DNA of 49,274 nucleotides from NCBI GenBank assembly GCA_035626075.1, contig DASPOK010000054.1, forward strand, positions 1 to 49,274, read 5' to 3'. Positions 1 to 8,298 of this stretch are shown here, in pieces (within the stretch, counting starts at the first letter, position 1; each line of letters begins with the position of its first letter). The notes under the pieces are model-generated. The model searched no databases and was not told where the DNA came from. It saw only the letters and a program-made list of their open reading frames with translations. Origin of the DNA: Nitrososphaerales archaeon. Lineage in GTDB: Archaea; Thermoproteota; Nitrososphaeria; Nitrososphaerales; Gagatemarchaeaceae. A program made the position numbers and the translations under genes.

Positions 1-945
1 AGGGGGAGGGCCAGGGTGATGTCAGCGTACAACGTCGCCTTCCTCGCTTGGGATGATATCTTGCCCCAGCTGATGGCCTCTTCGAGGGTGCACCCGGAGA
101 GGCCCCCCCACTGGGGGCTGTCGGCCGTTATCTGGATGGCGTACTCGTGGGGGGTCTCGTCCTTTCCCCCCTTCGATAGGGACTTGATTATCGTCGACAG
201 CTGTATCGTGTCTTTGGGAACACCGCCCCCCAGGTACACCACGCCGGTCCTCTTCGTCCTCTCGGCTATCTGGGCCAGCTCTTCCATGTCCTTCGTCTGG
301 TCCAACCTGATCATTTTCCCCTTCTCCCGCCTCAAGAGGCTCAACGCGACCCCGTATCCGCTGTCAATTAGCCCAGGTGAGTAGATTGGCACCTTCGCTT
401 TCCAGGCGGCTGCAACTATGCTCTGAATCCCTTTCCTTGAAAGAAACTCCCCGAACTGATGCAGGAACTCTCTCGTGGAGTAAATCTTCCTGTCATCAAG
501 GGTGCTGGCGAACCTGTAAATCGTCCGTTCAAGCCTTCTGTACTGCATCTCGTCGGCCAGGACGTCATAGAATCTGTCCACCTTTAGTCTGAGAAGCTCC
601 TCGTCATCAGCCAGCCAGGTCCCCTGGTAGTAGTGGTACCCTAGTGCCTCGAGTATATCCTCGGATATGTTGGCCCCGGTGCTTACCAATACATCGACAT
701 ACCTGTTCTCCACGAGCCATCTGATGATTTTCCATTGACCGGTAGTGCTGAGCGAGCCCGTAAGGCCGAGGAAGATTGTCAGATCCTTCTGCTTGGCCAT
801 CTCGGCCCAGATCTTGACGATCTCGCCTAGCTTTTTCCCCTGAAATCCCGTCTGGGCCATTTCGTCCAACAAGGCGGACACGCTTTTCTTGCCGACTTCT
901 ATAGTCGCGACTGGTCTTGACAGTACCTCCTTCTTTGATACCACG
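1..945 (-). CDS. dys: deoxyhypusine synthase (3' end/C-terminus runs off window start)
   Basis: Absent from the ORF track because no stop lies in the window. My own minus-strand translation from GTG 945 (alternative ATG 861) reads ...EVGKKSVSALLDEMAQTGFQGKKLGEIVKIW...TIFLGLTGSLSTTG...VPIYSPGLIDSGYG...VYLGGGVPKD...IQITADSPQWGGLSGCTLEEAISWGKI..., which are the characteristic DHS blocks. An AT-rich box lies about 25 nt upstream of GTG 945. Confidence 0.85.
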
Positions 946-965
946 TCGGGGCTTCTGCGAGAATT

Positions 966-980
966 ACTTAATTATCTTAT
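966..980 (-). promoter_or_regulatory. TATA-like box upstream of dys
   Basis: tacttaattatctta is an AT-rich island in GC-rich DNA, centred about 25-30 nt upstream of the GTG at 945. Confidence 0.4.
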
Positions 981-1029
981 GAAAGGATTTGCTTGCGAAG
1001 CCCAGGGAGGATGGCTCTGCCGGAGCCTC

Positions 1030-2796
1030 CTACTTGACCGTCACCGACTTCGCGAGGTTCCTAGGGTAGTCTGGGTCGTTGCGCCTCGCTACAGCCATGT
1101 GGTAGGCGAGGAGCTGGAGTGGTACCGCTTCGACAACGGGTGTAAACTTCGGCTGCACCCTGGGAACCTGGATGTAGTGCCTGTAGACTTCGTCCTTGAC
1201 ATCTGAGATTCCGATGACGTCGGCCCCCCTTGCCCTGAGCTCTTCAGCGCTCGACAGAGAGTCGGCGTGGGATTCTCCACTCGGGCTCAAGACAACCACA
1301 GGTGTCCCCTTCTCGATCAGGGCTATGGTCCCGTGCTTGAGCTCGCTTGCGGCCATTCCTTCGGCATGAATGTAAGAGAGCTCCTTGAGCTTCAGTGCCC
1401 CTTCAAGCGCGACAGGGCTTTCGTACCCTCTAGCCACGAAGTAGAAATCCGACCTGTCCTTGTACTCCCACACTAGGTTGCGTATCTGCTGGTCGCACTT
1501 CAGGGCTTCCGCCACCGCATCGGCGAGCTCCTTGACCCCGTTGGACCTCCTCTTCCCCAGGACTGCGTCAACCACCATGTTTGTCACCACCACCTGGGCC
1601 GTGAAGCTCTTCGTCGCAGCGACCCCCACTTCGGGGCCGCAGTTGAGCAGCAGGACTCCGTCGCTCTCGCGGGCAAGCGAGGAGCCAACTGCATTGACTA
1701 TCGAGTAGACCTTGGCGCCCCGTTTCTTCGCCTCCTTTACCGCCTCCATCAGGTCGGCCGTCTCTCCGCTCTGAGACAGAGTCACGAGCACCGAGCCCTT
1801 TCCCAGGAAGCCCGAGTGCTCCTTCAACTCTCCCGCCACCACCGCGTCGGCCCTGATTCTCGCTTCCTTGTTCAGCCTGAACTTCATGAGCAGGCCCGCA
1901 TGGTAGGAGGTCCCAGAGGCCGTGATGTACAGTGACTTTGCCTTCCTTATCGCCCTGGCGAATTCCTCCACCTTCTCGACGTCCTGGGTAGCTGCCGAAA
2001 CCACTGTCCGCGGCTGCTCGTTGATTTCCTTGAGAGTGTAGTGGGTGAAGTCACTCTTCGAGAGGTCGCCCAGCTCCCATGCGACCTGGGTCGGCTTGCG
2101 CTTCACTTCCTTGCCGTTCCGAGAAAGTATCCTCACCTTGTCCTTCTTCAGCTCGACCGTCTCGTAGTTGTCGAGAAAGATCGTCCTGTCTGTGTGGCCG
2201 AGGAACGCCAGCACGTCGCTGGCGAGGAACATCTTGCGGTCGCCTACGCCGACTATCAGCGGCGCGTCCTTCCTGGCCCCAACCATCAGGTCCGGTCTGT
2301 CCTGAAACATCACGGCGATGGCATATTGCCCCTTCAGCTTCTTCGTCGCAGCCATCGTTGCCCTCAACGGGTCGCGCAGCCGCTTGTACTCGTCTTCGAC
2401 GAGGTGAGCTATCACTTCGGTGTCGGTCTCGCTCCTAAATCTGTGCCCCCTCGCAAGAAGGTCCTTCTTCAACGGAAGGTAGTTCTCAATTATCCCGTTG
2501 TGGATCACGGCGACGAGCTCCCTGCAGGACGCGTGAGGATGCGCGTTCTTGTCGGTGACCCCTCCGTGAGTGGCCCACCTGGTGTGCGCCATGCCGATGC
2601 TACCCTTTAGGCTGGAGAGCGACTGTCTCTGTTCAATCTCGCTCACCCTGCCTGCCCCCTTTCTAATGCTCAGTGCGCAGTTGTTGTTGGTCGCCATCCC
2701 AGCAGAGTCGTACCCCCGGTATTCGACCCGCTTCAGACCCTCAAGGAGGAGACCGGCAACCGGTTCTTCCGCCACGCATCCCACAATGCCGCACAT
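1030..2796 (-). CDS. glmS: glutamine--fructose-6-phosphate aminotransferase (isomerizing)
   Basis: The 594-aa ORF contains MCGIVGC (N-terminal nucleophile Cys), a class-II amidotransferase domain and two SIS domains, and ends ...PRNLAKSVTVK. Start set at ATG 2796 so that Cys follows the initiator Met; tttaaa at 2823-2828 fits a leaderless promoter. Confidence 0.95.
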   Translation of the reverse strand: MCGIVGCVAEEPVAGLLLEGLKRVEYRGYDSAGMATNNNCALSIRKGAGRVSEIEQRQSLSSLKGSIGMAHTRWATHGGVTDKNAHPHASCRELVAVIHNGIIENYLPLKKDLLARGHRFRSETDTEVIAHLVEDEYKRLRDPLRATMAATKKLKGQYAIAVMFQDRPDLMVGARKDAPLIVGVGDRKMFLASDVLAFLGHTDRTIFLDNYETVELKKDKVRILSRNGKEVKRKPTQVAWELGDLSKSDFTHYTLKEINEQPRTVVSAATQDVEKVEEFARAIRKAKSLYITASGTSYHAGLLMKFRLNKEARIRADAVVAGELKEHSGFLGKGSVLVTLSQSGETADLMEAVKEAKKRGAKVYSIVNAVGSSLARESDGVLLLNCGPEVGVAATKSFTAQVVVTNMVVDAVLGKRRSNGVKELADAVAEALKCDQQIRNLVWEYKDRSDFYFVARGYESPVALEGALKLKELSYIHAEGMAASELKHGTIALIEKGTPVVVLSPSGESHADSLSSAEELRARGADVIGISDVKDEVYRHYIQVPRVQPKFTPVVEAVPLQLLAYHMAVARRNDPDYPRNLAKSVTVK

Positions 2797-2822
2797 TCGG
2801 TTCGCGTTTTGCATACTGGGTC

Positions 2823-2828
2823 TTTAAA
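2823..2828 (-). promoter_or_regulatory. TATA-like box for glmS
   Basis: tttaaa lies 27-32 nt upstream of ATG 2796 on the minus strand. Confidence 0.4.
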
Positions 2829-2917
2829 CCCCGTAAAACAATTCGCTGTACCATGCCAATCTCGTCGTGCATCGTTCGGGCACGAATAGCAAGTGTCAGG
2901 GACTACCATGCAAAACT

Positions 2918-2926
2918 GTTTATGTA
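2918..2926 (+). promoter_or_regulatory. TATA-like box (gtttatgta) for the HTH-fusion gene
   Basis: A member of the recurring GTTTAT motif, about 27 nt upstream of GTG 2949. Confidence 0.45.
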
Positions 2927-2948
2927 GGGTGTCTTTGCCTAGGTCCTC

Positions 2949-3899
2949 GTGCCGAGAGAAAAGATACTTTTCGATCCGAAGTCCGAAGCGGGGCTCGTCA
3001 AGCGCGTCCTTGTGTCGGACAAGCCCGACGGCTTCAGGCCCGCGTCAGGGAAGGTTGGCCAGAGGATACTAGCGCTGCTTTCCGCCGGACCGAAGTACCC
3101 AGCAGAAATGGCCCGGGCGCTGAACACCCATCACCAGACAGTCTACTACCACATCGGCAGGTTGGAGAGAGCGGGCCTCATTTCGCGGGTGAGGAGCGAG
3201 CAGATTCGGGGAGGCGAGGCGAACCTCTTTGCCCTGGCCTCGGACGGGTACGCTGTCGAGTTCCCGGTCAAGGGGGAGCCCATGCCCACGCTGAAGTCGT
3301 CGAGCAGGTCAAAGGCCCTGGGACGCTTCTTCAAGGAGTTCTTCAACGAGGGTGTCTTCGACGGATGGGTAGTGGTTGGGTCTCCCCTGCAGCACGGGGA
3401 GGCGGGCACCCAGGCGAGAGATGGCCATTACGCGGTCCAGCTGGGCTTTGCCCTGGGGCAGTTCGTTACCCTCCCTTCCACATTCCCGGTGAAGCTGGAC
3501 GTCGACCTGCGGGCTGAGAAGTTGCTCGCTTCCAACCTGGTTGTCGTGGGCGGGCCCAGGACCAACGTGGTGGCAGAGGAGCTGAACCCTCATCTGAAGG
3601 TCCGGTTCAGCCAGGGGGGCTTCTGGAGTTCGATGGTGGATGCCGAAGGCAACTCCTACGGCTCAGAACTCGACTGCATCGTTGAAAAGGTCCGCAATCC
3701 CTGGGACCCGGCCAAGACATGCATCATTGTGGCTGGATTGACAGGCGCGGGGACGAAGGCAGCCATAATCGGGGTTTGCAACTATGCCGACGTCCTTTTC
3801 CAAGGATACCGTTCCGGGGACTACGCGGTACTGCTCCGGGGAGTGGACAAGGACGGAGACGGCAAGGTGGACTCGGTGGACGTTCTGAAGCAGTTATGA
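2949..3899 (+). CDS. winged-helix (ArsR-like) DNA-binding domain fused to an uncharacterised ~200-aa alpha/beta-like C-terminal domain
   Basis: The N-terminal stretch GQRILALLSAGPKYPAEMARALNTHHQTVYYHIGRLERAGLISR looks like an ArsR-type wHTH. I cannot assign the C-terminal part (WVVVGSPL..., LVVVGGPRTN..., CIIVAGLTGAGTKAA...) to a family. Confidence 0.6.
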   Translation: MPREKILFDPKSEAGLVKRVLVSDKPDGFRPASGKVGQRILALLSAGPKYPAEMARALNTHHQTVYYHIGRLERAGLISRVRSEQIRGGEANLFALASDGYAVEFPVKGEPMPTLKSSSRSKALGRFFKEFFNEGVFDGWVVVGSPLQHGEAGTQARDGHYAVQLGFALGQFVTLPSTFPVKLDVDLRAEKLLASNLVVVGGPRTNVVAEELNPHLKVRFSQGGFWSSMVDAEGNSYGSELDCIVEKVRNPWDPAKTCIIVAGLTGAGTKAAIIGVCNYADVLFQGYRSGDYAVLLRGVDKDGDGKVDSVDVLKQL

Positions 3900-3903
3900 G
3901 ACT

Positions 3904-4308
3904 CTAGGCCCTTCTTCCCCGACGTCCGCCTTTCTTCCTAGTAGTGTCATGGGGAATGGGTGTAGCGTCTTCGATGCGCCCTATCCTGAAGCCAGCCCTA
4001 GCTATGGCTCGAATGGCCGCCTGGGCGCCTGGCCCCGGGGTTCTCGGCCCTGTCCCACCTACCGCTCTCACTTTGATGTGGACCGCCGTAATCCCCTTTG
4101 CTTTTGCCACGTCTGATGCGGCTGAGGCGCTTCTCATGGCTGCATAGGGCGACGACTCGAACCTGTCCGCCTTGACGTGCCTCCCGCCCGAAGAGAAGGC
4201 TATCGTCTCTGCGCCGGTGAGGTCCGTGATGTGCACAATGGTGTTGTTGTAGGACGAATAGATGTGGCAGACGCCCCACCTGTCGGCAAGCGCTTCTTCT
4301 TCGGACAT
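3904..4308 (-). CDS. rps11: 30S ribosomal protein S11 (uS11)
   Basis: [32 protein letters not shown]... plus a basic C-terminus; sits in an S13-S4-S11 string. Confidence 0.95.
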   Translation of the reverse strand: MSEEEALADRWGVCHIYSSYNNTIVHITDLTGAETIAFSSGGRHVKADRFESSPYAAMRSASAASDVAKAKGITAVHIKVRAVGGTGPRTPGPGAQAAIRAIARAGFRIGRIEDATPIPHDTTRKKGGRRGRRA

Positions 4309-4313
4309 CTAAC

Positions 4314-4886
4314 TCACTTGGCCTCGGCCGGCTGCTCAGCCGGGACTTGCTGGGCTTCCTTCGCCGCATCGGCCTTGACTCCTTCCCCAGCCTGAGGTGC
4401 TTCCTTCGGCGGGGCACCTCCTATCAGCCTGACGCTCCCTTCCTCCTGATTTCCTACGTCGTACCCCGGCACCGTGATGACCCGCTCCCCAACCATTATG
4501 TGTCCGTGGACAATCAGCTGCCTTGCGTGCAACTGCGAGAGGGCCATCCCCTTCTTGAAGACCATGGACTGCAACCTCCTAGCCAGCACGTCTTCCACGG
4601 TAAGGCTGAGGATGTCGTCGAGCGTGGCGTCTTCGCGAATCAGCCCTTTTCTCTTCAAGCTGTCTAGGAGCTTCTTCTCCTCTCTGAGTCTCACAGCCTG
4701 CGTTGCCGCGAGCAATGTTCTTGCCTGCTTCCTCACTGAGCTCAACTGAGTCTCCGCCTTCCAGAGCTCTCTTTTGTTCCTCAGTCCGAAAGTGCCCAGA
4801 AGGTAGAGTTCTTGCGCAAGCTGATCAGCCCTCCAGGGACTTCGCGGCCTGCTGTACTGTTTCCTGGCTTTCTTCGGGTCTCCCAT
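4314..4886 (-). CDS. rps4: 30S ribosomal protein S4 (uS4)
   Basis: MGDPKKARKQYSRPRSPW... N-terminus and an S4 RNA-binding domain. Confidence 0.95.
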   Translation of the reverse strand: MGDPKKARKQYSRPRSPWRADQLAQELYLLGTFGLRNKRELWKAETQLSSVRKQARTLLAATQAVRLREEKKLLDSLKRKGLIREDATLDDILSLTVEDVLARRLQSMVFKKGMALSQLHARQLIVHGHIMVGERVITVPGYDVGNQEEGSVRLIGGAPPKEAPQAGEGVKADAAKEAQQVPAEQPAEAK

Positions 4887-4889
4887 TCC

Positions 4890-5384
4890 CTACTTCTCTT
4901 CCTTCTTCGCCGCTTCCTTCGCCGCAGCTACGAGCGCTGCCTTCCTTACGCCAACGGTCCTCCCCTTCCTCCCCGTAGTCCTGGTCCTCTGCCCCCTGAC
5001 CTTCAACCCCAGGCTGTGCCTTACACCCTTCCAGCTCTGGATGTTCTTCTCGTCCTCAATATCGCTCTTCTGGACAAATTCCAAGTCAGACCCTAGAAGC
5101 TGCTTGGCCTCCCCCGTTTCCGGGTCGTTCCTCCTGTTATAGTACCACTTCGGAAGTGCAGACTTGGTCGTGCTGAGGATCGCATCTTCTAATTCCTTCA
5201 CTTGCTCTTCTGTCAGGGTTCCCAATCTGACCCGAGGGTCCAGGCTTAGTCTCGTAGTGATCACATTCGCGAAGTTGTAGCCAACCCCCTTCAAGTCGGA
5301 GAGGGCCACGATGAGCTTCTTTCCACCATCGAGGTCCTTGCCCGAGATTCGAACGAGATGCCTGAACTCCGTTACCTCCGACAT
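4890..5384 (-). CDS. rps13: 30S ribosomal protein S13 (uS13)
   Basis: FRHLVRISGKDLDGGKKLIVALSDLKGVG... and a basic tail. Confidence 0.95.
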   Translation of the reverse strand: MSEVTEFRHLVRISGKDLDGGKKLIVALSDLKGVGYNFANVITTRLSLDPRVRLGTLTEEQVKELEDAILSTTKSALPKWYYNRRNDPETGEAKQLLGSDLEFVQKSDIEDEKNIQSWKGVRHSLGLKVRGQRTRTTGRKGRTVGVRKAALVAAAKEAAKKEEK

Positions 5385-5411
5385 GTTCCGGACCTGCCCT
5401 TCTCCCTTCGG

Positions 5412-5417
5412 TTATAA
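5412..5417 (-). promoter_or_regulatory. TATA box (ttataa) for the rps13-rps4-rps11 operon
   Basis: 28-33 nt upstream of ATG 5384 on the minus strand. Confidence 0.45.
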
Positions 5418-5459
5418 GGTTTGAAGGCGATGAAGCATTTCCGGGCCCGATCCCTATAG

Positions 5460-5924
5460 TCAGGGGGTCACAGCTGGTCTCTTGACTCTGGCCAGAAACC
5501 TTCGGTCCCTGCCCTCAAAGGAGATATCGCCCCTCCTGGGACTGATTGCGGTCGGGGTGGGCTTGAAATTCTCCCACACCGCAAGCACCCCCGGAGGGAG
5601 CTTGGCAATACCTGATGGGGTCATTCTACCTTCGGCGAGCAGCTTCCACGCTCGTGCGATGTTTGTGTCTGACCAGTTCGACCCCCTACGTCTAGGACTG
5701 AAACGGAGGACCCACCTCTCGTCGTCAACAGGCTTGAACCAGCCGTCTATCCAGCCAAAGCACAGCGCTTCCTGAATCGCCGTTTCGTTTGAGAAATCGG
5801 CGTTCTTCGGGGCTCTCTTGTAGACCAGCAGGAACGCCTCGTTCTTTGAGGCATGATTCTGCTCGAGCCACCTCCGCCAGGCCTCTCGCGAGCCGAAGGT
5901 AAGTTCCCCAGACACGACAGGCAA
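5460..5924 (-). CDS. YdeI/OmpD-associated (bacteriocin-protection-like) family protein
   Basis: REAWRRWLEQNH...AFLLVYKR...EALCFGWIDGW...RFSPRRRGSNWSDTNIARAWKLLAEGRMTPSG matches my recollection of the YdeI family pattern. A catatat box at 5947-5953 lies about 25 nt upstream. Confidence 0.7.
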   Translation of the reverse strand: MPVVSGELTFGSREAWRRWLEQNHASKNEAFLLVYKRAPKNADFSNETAIQEALCFGWIDGWFKPVDDERWVLRFSPRRRGSNWSDTNIARAWKLLAEGRMTPSGIAKLPPGVLAVWENFKPTPTAISPRRGDISFEGRDRRFLARVKRPAVTP

Positions 5925-6097
5925 CGGCCACAGGGCGCCAGGGTAGCATATATCGGCTCTGCTCCCGCCCTAGCCGTCCCTTTCTCCTGTTGCCGGCCAG
6001 CGGGGCCCGATGCTTCCAAAACTTTTTAACCACAACTCAGACCCGACCGCAGAACCGGGTCGTCTCATGGTTTATCGCGAAGTAGCGGGTGTAGTCA

Positions 6098-6733
6098 TTG
6101 GTTGAGGTCAAAGTCCTGGAGGAGACCGGGGCCTCAGTAACGCTCCAGCTCGAGGGGATAGACCGGTCCTACGCCAATGCAGTCCGCAGGTTCTGCATAG
6201 CCGAAGTGCCTTGCATGGCCATAGACGACGTTGTGATACTCGAAAACTCCTCAGTTCTGTACGACGAAATCCTGGCCCACAGGTTGGGAATGATTCCCAT
6301 CAGGACTGACCTGCAGAGATACAACCTCCCCGAGGAGTGCGACTGTGGCAACCCGCTCGGTTGTCACAAGTGCAGGGTCCTTTTCGTGCTCGACGCCAAG
6401 GGGAAGGATAAGGTCTCCACGGTGATGTCGGGGGACCTTGTATCTGAAGACAGGGACGTGAGGCCGGTCAGCGAGAGCATACCACTCCTGAAGCTCGCCC
6501 TTGGCCAGTCTGTGAAGCTCGAGGCATATGCGCGCCTCGGTCGAGGTAAGGAGCATGCGAAGTGGCAGCCATGCACCGTGGCCGCCCTGACTGACGGGAA
6601 GCGGGAAGGGGTCTTCAACCTCACGGTGGAGTCAACGGGAGGCCTTCCTGCAGGCCAGATAGTCCTAAAGGCCATCGAACTGCTCGAGAGGAAGCTCAAG
6701 GAGATCCAGGTCGCCGTGGGTGGTGCCCAATGA
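6098..6733 (+). CDS. rpoD: DNA-directed RNA polymerase subunit D (Rpo3)
   Basis: IDRSYANAVRRFCIAEVPCMAIDDVVILENSSVLYDEILAHRLGMIPI, plus a CDCGNPLGCHKC cysteine cluster. TTG start, with tttatc at 6071-6076 upstream. Confidence 0.9.
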   Translation: MVEVKVLEETGASVTLQLEGIDRSYANAVRRFCIAEVPCMAIDDVVILENSSVLYDEILAHRLGMIPIRTDLQRYNLPEECDCGNPLGCHKCRVLFVLDAKGKDKVSTVMSGDLVSEDRDVRPVSESIPLLKLALGQSVKLEAYARLGRGKEHAKWQPCTVAALTDGKREGVFNLTVESTGGLPAGQIVLKAIELLERKLKEIQVAVGGAQ

Positions 6734-7083
6734 CGGCGTCCAATCCTGTGCTGAGGCACACTTCCGTAATGCTCGAGAGGGCAGGGAAGAAGCAGAAGGC
6801 TCCCATCTGGCGAGAAGCATCCGACATCCTCTCCAGCCCGTCAAAGTCCAGGGTCGAGGTGAACCTCGGGAGGATATCCAGAATCGCTGAAGAGGGTCAA
6901 CCAGTGTTCGTCCCCGGAAAAGTGCTCGGGACTGGCGTGATTGAGAAGAAGCTCGTTGTCGGTGCTTTCTCGTTTTCGGAGGGAGCGAGGTCGAAGATCA
7001 AAGCGTCGGGAGGGTCGGCTCTCACAGTCGAAGAGTTTCTGAAGAGGTTTCCGAAGGGGAGCGGGGTTAGGCTTGTCAGGTGA
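6730..7083 (+). CDS. rpl18e: 50S ribosomal protein L18e
   Basis: ...VFVPGKVLGTGVIEKKLVVGAFSFSEGARSKIKASGGSALTVEEF...; canonical position after rpoD. Confidence 0.9.
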   Translation: MTASNPVLRHTSVMLERAGKKQKAPIWREASDILSSPSKSRVEVNLGRISRIAEEGQPVFVPGKVLGTGVIEKKLVVGAFSFSEGARSKIKASGGSALTVEEFLKRFPKGSGVRLVR

Positions 7084-7513
7084 AGACACCGTCTACGTCG
7101 ATGCCTCTGACCAGATCGCGGGGAGGCTATCGTCGAAGGTCGCAAAACTGATCCTCTCGGGCAAGAGGGTTGTCGTCGTTAACGCTGAGAAGGCACTGAT
7201 TTCAGGTTCAAGGACCTCGGTCGTGAACCAATGGAAGGAGAGGCTCGAGCTTTCAAGCAAGGTGAATCCCATCTACGGCCCCCTCCATCCCAGAAGGCCC
7301 GACAACATACTCCGTAGAATGGTCAGAGGGATGGTGCCCAGGAAGAAGCCGAAGGGGGCGCTCGCCATGAGGAGGCTCAGGATTTACGTCGGCGTGCCTT
7401 CGGGAGTCGACGCCGCCAACCTGAAGAAGTTCGAAGAGACGACAGCGACGCGACCGATTCCAATCTACGTCACCATGGGGGACCTCTCCAGAAGCCTAGG
7501 ATGGAAAGAGTGA
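7073..7513 (+). CDS. rpl13: 50S ribosomal protein L13 (uL13)
   Basis: VYVDASDQIAGRLSSKVAKLILSGKRVVVVNAEKALISG...; TTG start. Confidence 0.92.
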   Translation: MSGEDTVYVDASDQIAGRLSSKVAKLILSGKRVVVVNAEKALISGSRTSVVNQWKERLELSSKVNPIYGPLHPRRPDNILRRMVRGMVPRKKPKGALAMRRLRIYVGVPSGVDAANLKKFEETTATRPIPIYVTMGDLSRSLGWKE

Positions 7514-7514
7514 A

Positions 7515-7946
7515 TTGCCAGGCCCAACCCAGAAAGCGCAGGTGAAGAAGCCCCCGAAGCTCTACTCGGGGGCGAGAAAGACGGCCAGGGCCACGGCAGC
7601 CATATTCCCAGGCGCTGGTCGAATCAGAATAAACGGGACTCCTGTCGAGCTCTGGGAACCCGAGCCGGCCCGCCTCCACCTCCTCGCGCCGGTGGATGTC
7701 GTGGGTGAGCTGCGAGAGAAGTACGATCTGGACGTGCGCGTTGCAGGAGGGGGATTCATGGGCCAGGCCGACGCGGCGGCCATGGCGATTGCGAGAGCCT
7801 ATGTCGACCAGGTCCGGGGGTCTGAACTGAGAGACAGGCTGAATGCATACAATAAATACCTGCTTTCGGGCGACCCGAGGCAAGCTGAGCCCAAGAAATT
7901 CGGTGGACCAGGTGCGCGCAGAAAGCGCCAGAAGAGCTATCGATAA
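7515..7946 (+). CDS. rps9: 30S ribosomal protein S9 (uS9)
   Basis: ...GGGFMGQADAAAMAIARA... and a C-terminal ...RRKRQKSYR. Confidence 0.92.
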   Translation: MPGPTQKAQVKKPPKLYSGARKTARATAAIFPGAGRIRINGTPVELWEPEPARLHLLAPVDVVGELREKYDLDVRVAGGGFMGQADAAAMAIARAYVDQVRGSELRDRLNAYNKYLLSGDPRQAEPKKFGGPGARRKRQKSYR

Positions 7947-7949
7947 CCT

Positions 7950-8159
7950 ATGATGATTCCTATCCGCTGCTTTACCTGTGGGGGACTGATAGGGGACAAG
8001 TTCACCTCATTCCAGGCCAGAGTCAAAGGAGGCGAGGACCCTGGGAAGGTCCTTGACGACCTGGGGCTGAAGAGGTACTGCTGCCGCCGTATGCTGATCT
8101 CCTCCGTGGACGTGATTGACCAGGTCCTTCCCTTCTACAGCAGGAAGGCAGAGCCGTAG
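7950..8159 (+). CDS. rpoN: DNA-directed RNA polymerase subunit N (Rpo10)
   Basis: [15 protein letters not shown]...[11 protein letters not shown]. Confidence 0.92.
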   Translation: MMIPIRCFTCGGLIGDKFTSFQARVKGGEDPGKVLDDLGLKRYCCRRMLISSVDVIDQVLPFYSRKAEP

Positions 8160-8298
8160 CGACAGGGGCTGAGGACCGACGTCAGAGTTTGATGACGATG
8201 AAGCCGGGTCAGCAGACAAGATAGTAGTCCACGGGCTGTCCGAGAAGGCGCTTCTCGCGACCGGCATCCGCATCGGCACGCCAGTCCGGACCAAGACC

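Noticed and set aside
16-592. Plus-strand ORFs 16..384 and 377..592 at the window start
   Set aside because: Their composition is not protein-like (W/P/S/C-rich). The opposite strand translates continuously into an unmistakable deoxyhypusine synthase, which the track omits because it has no stop inside the window.
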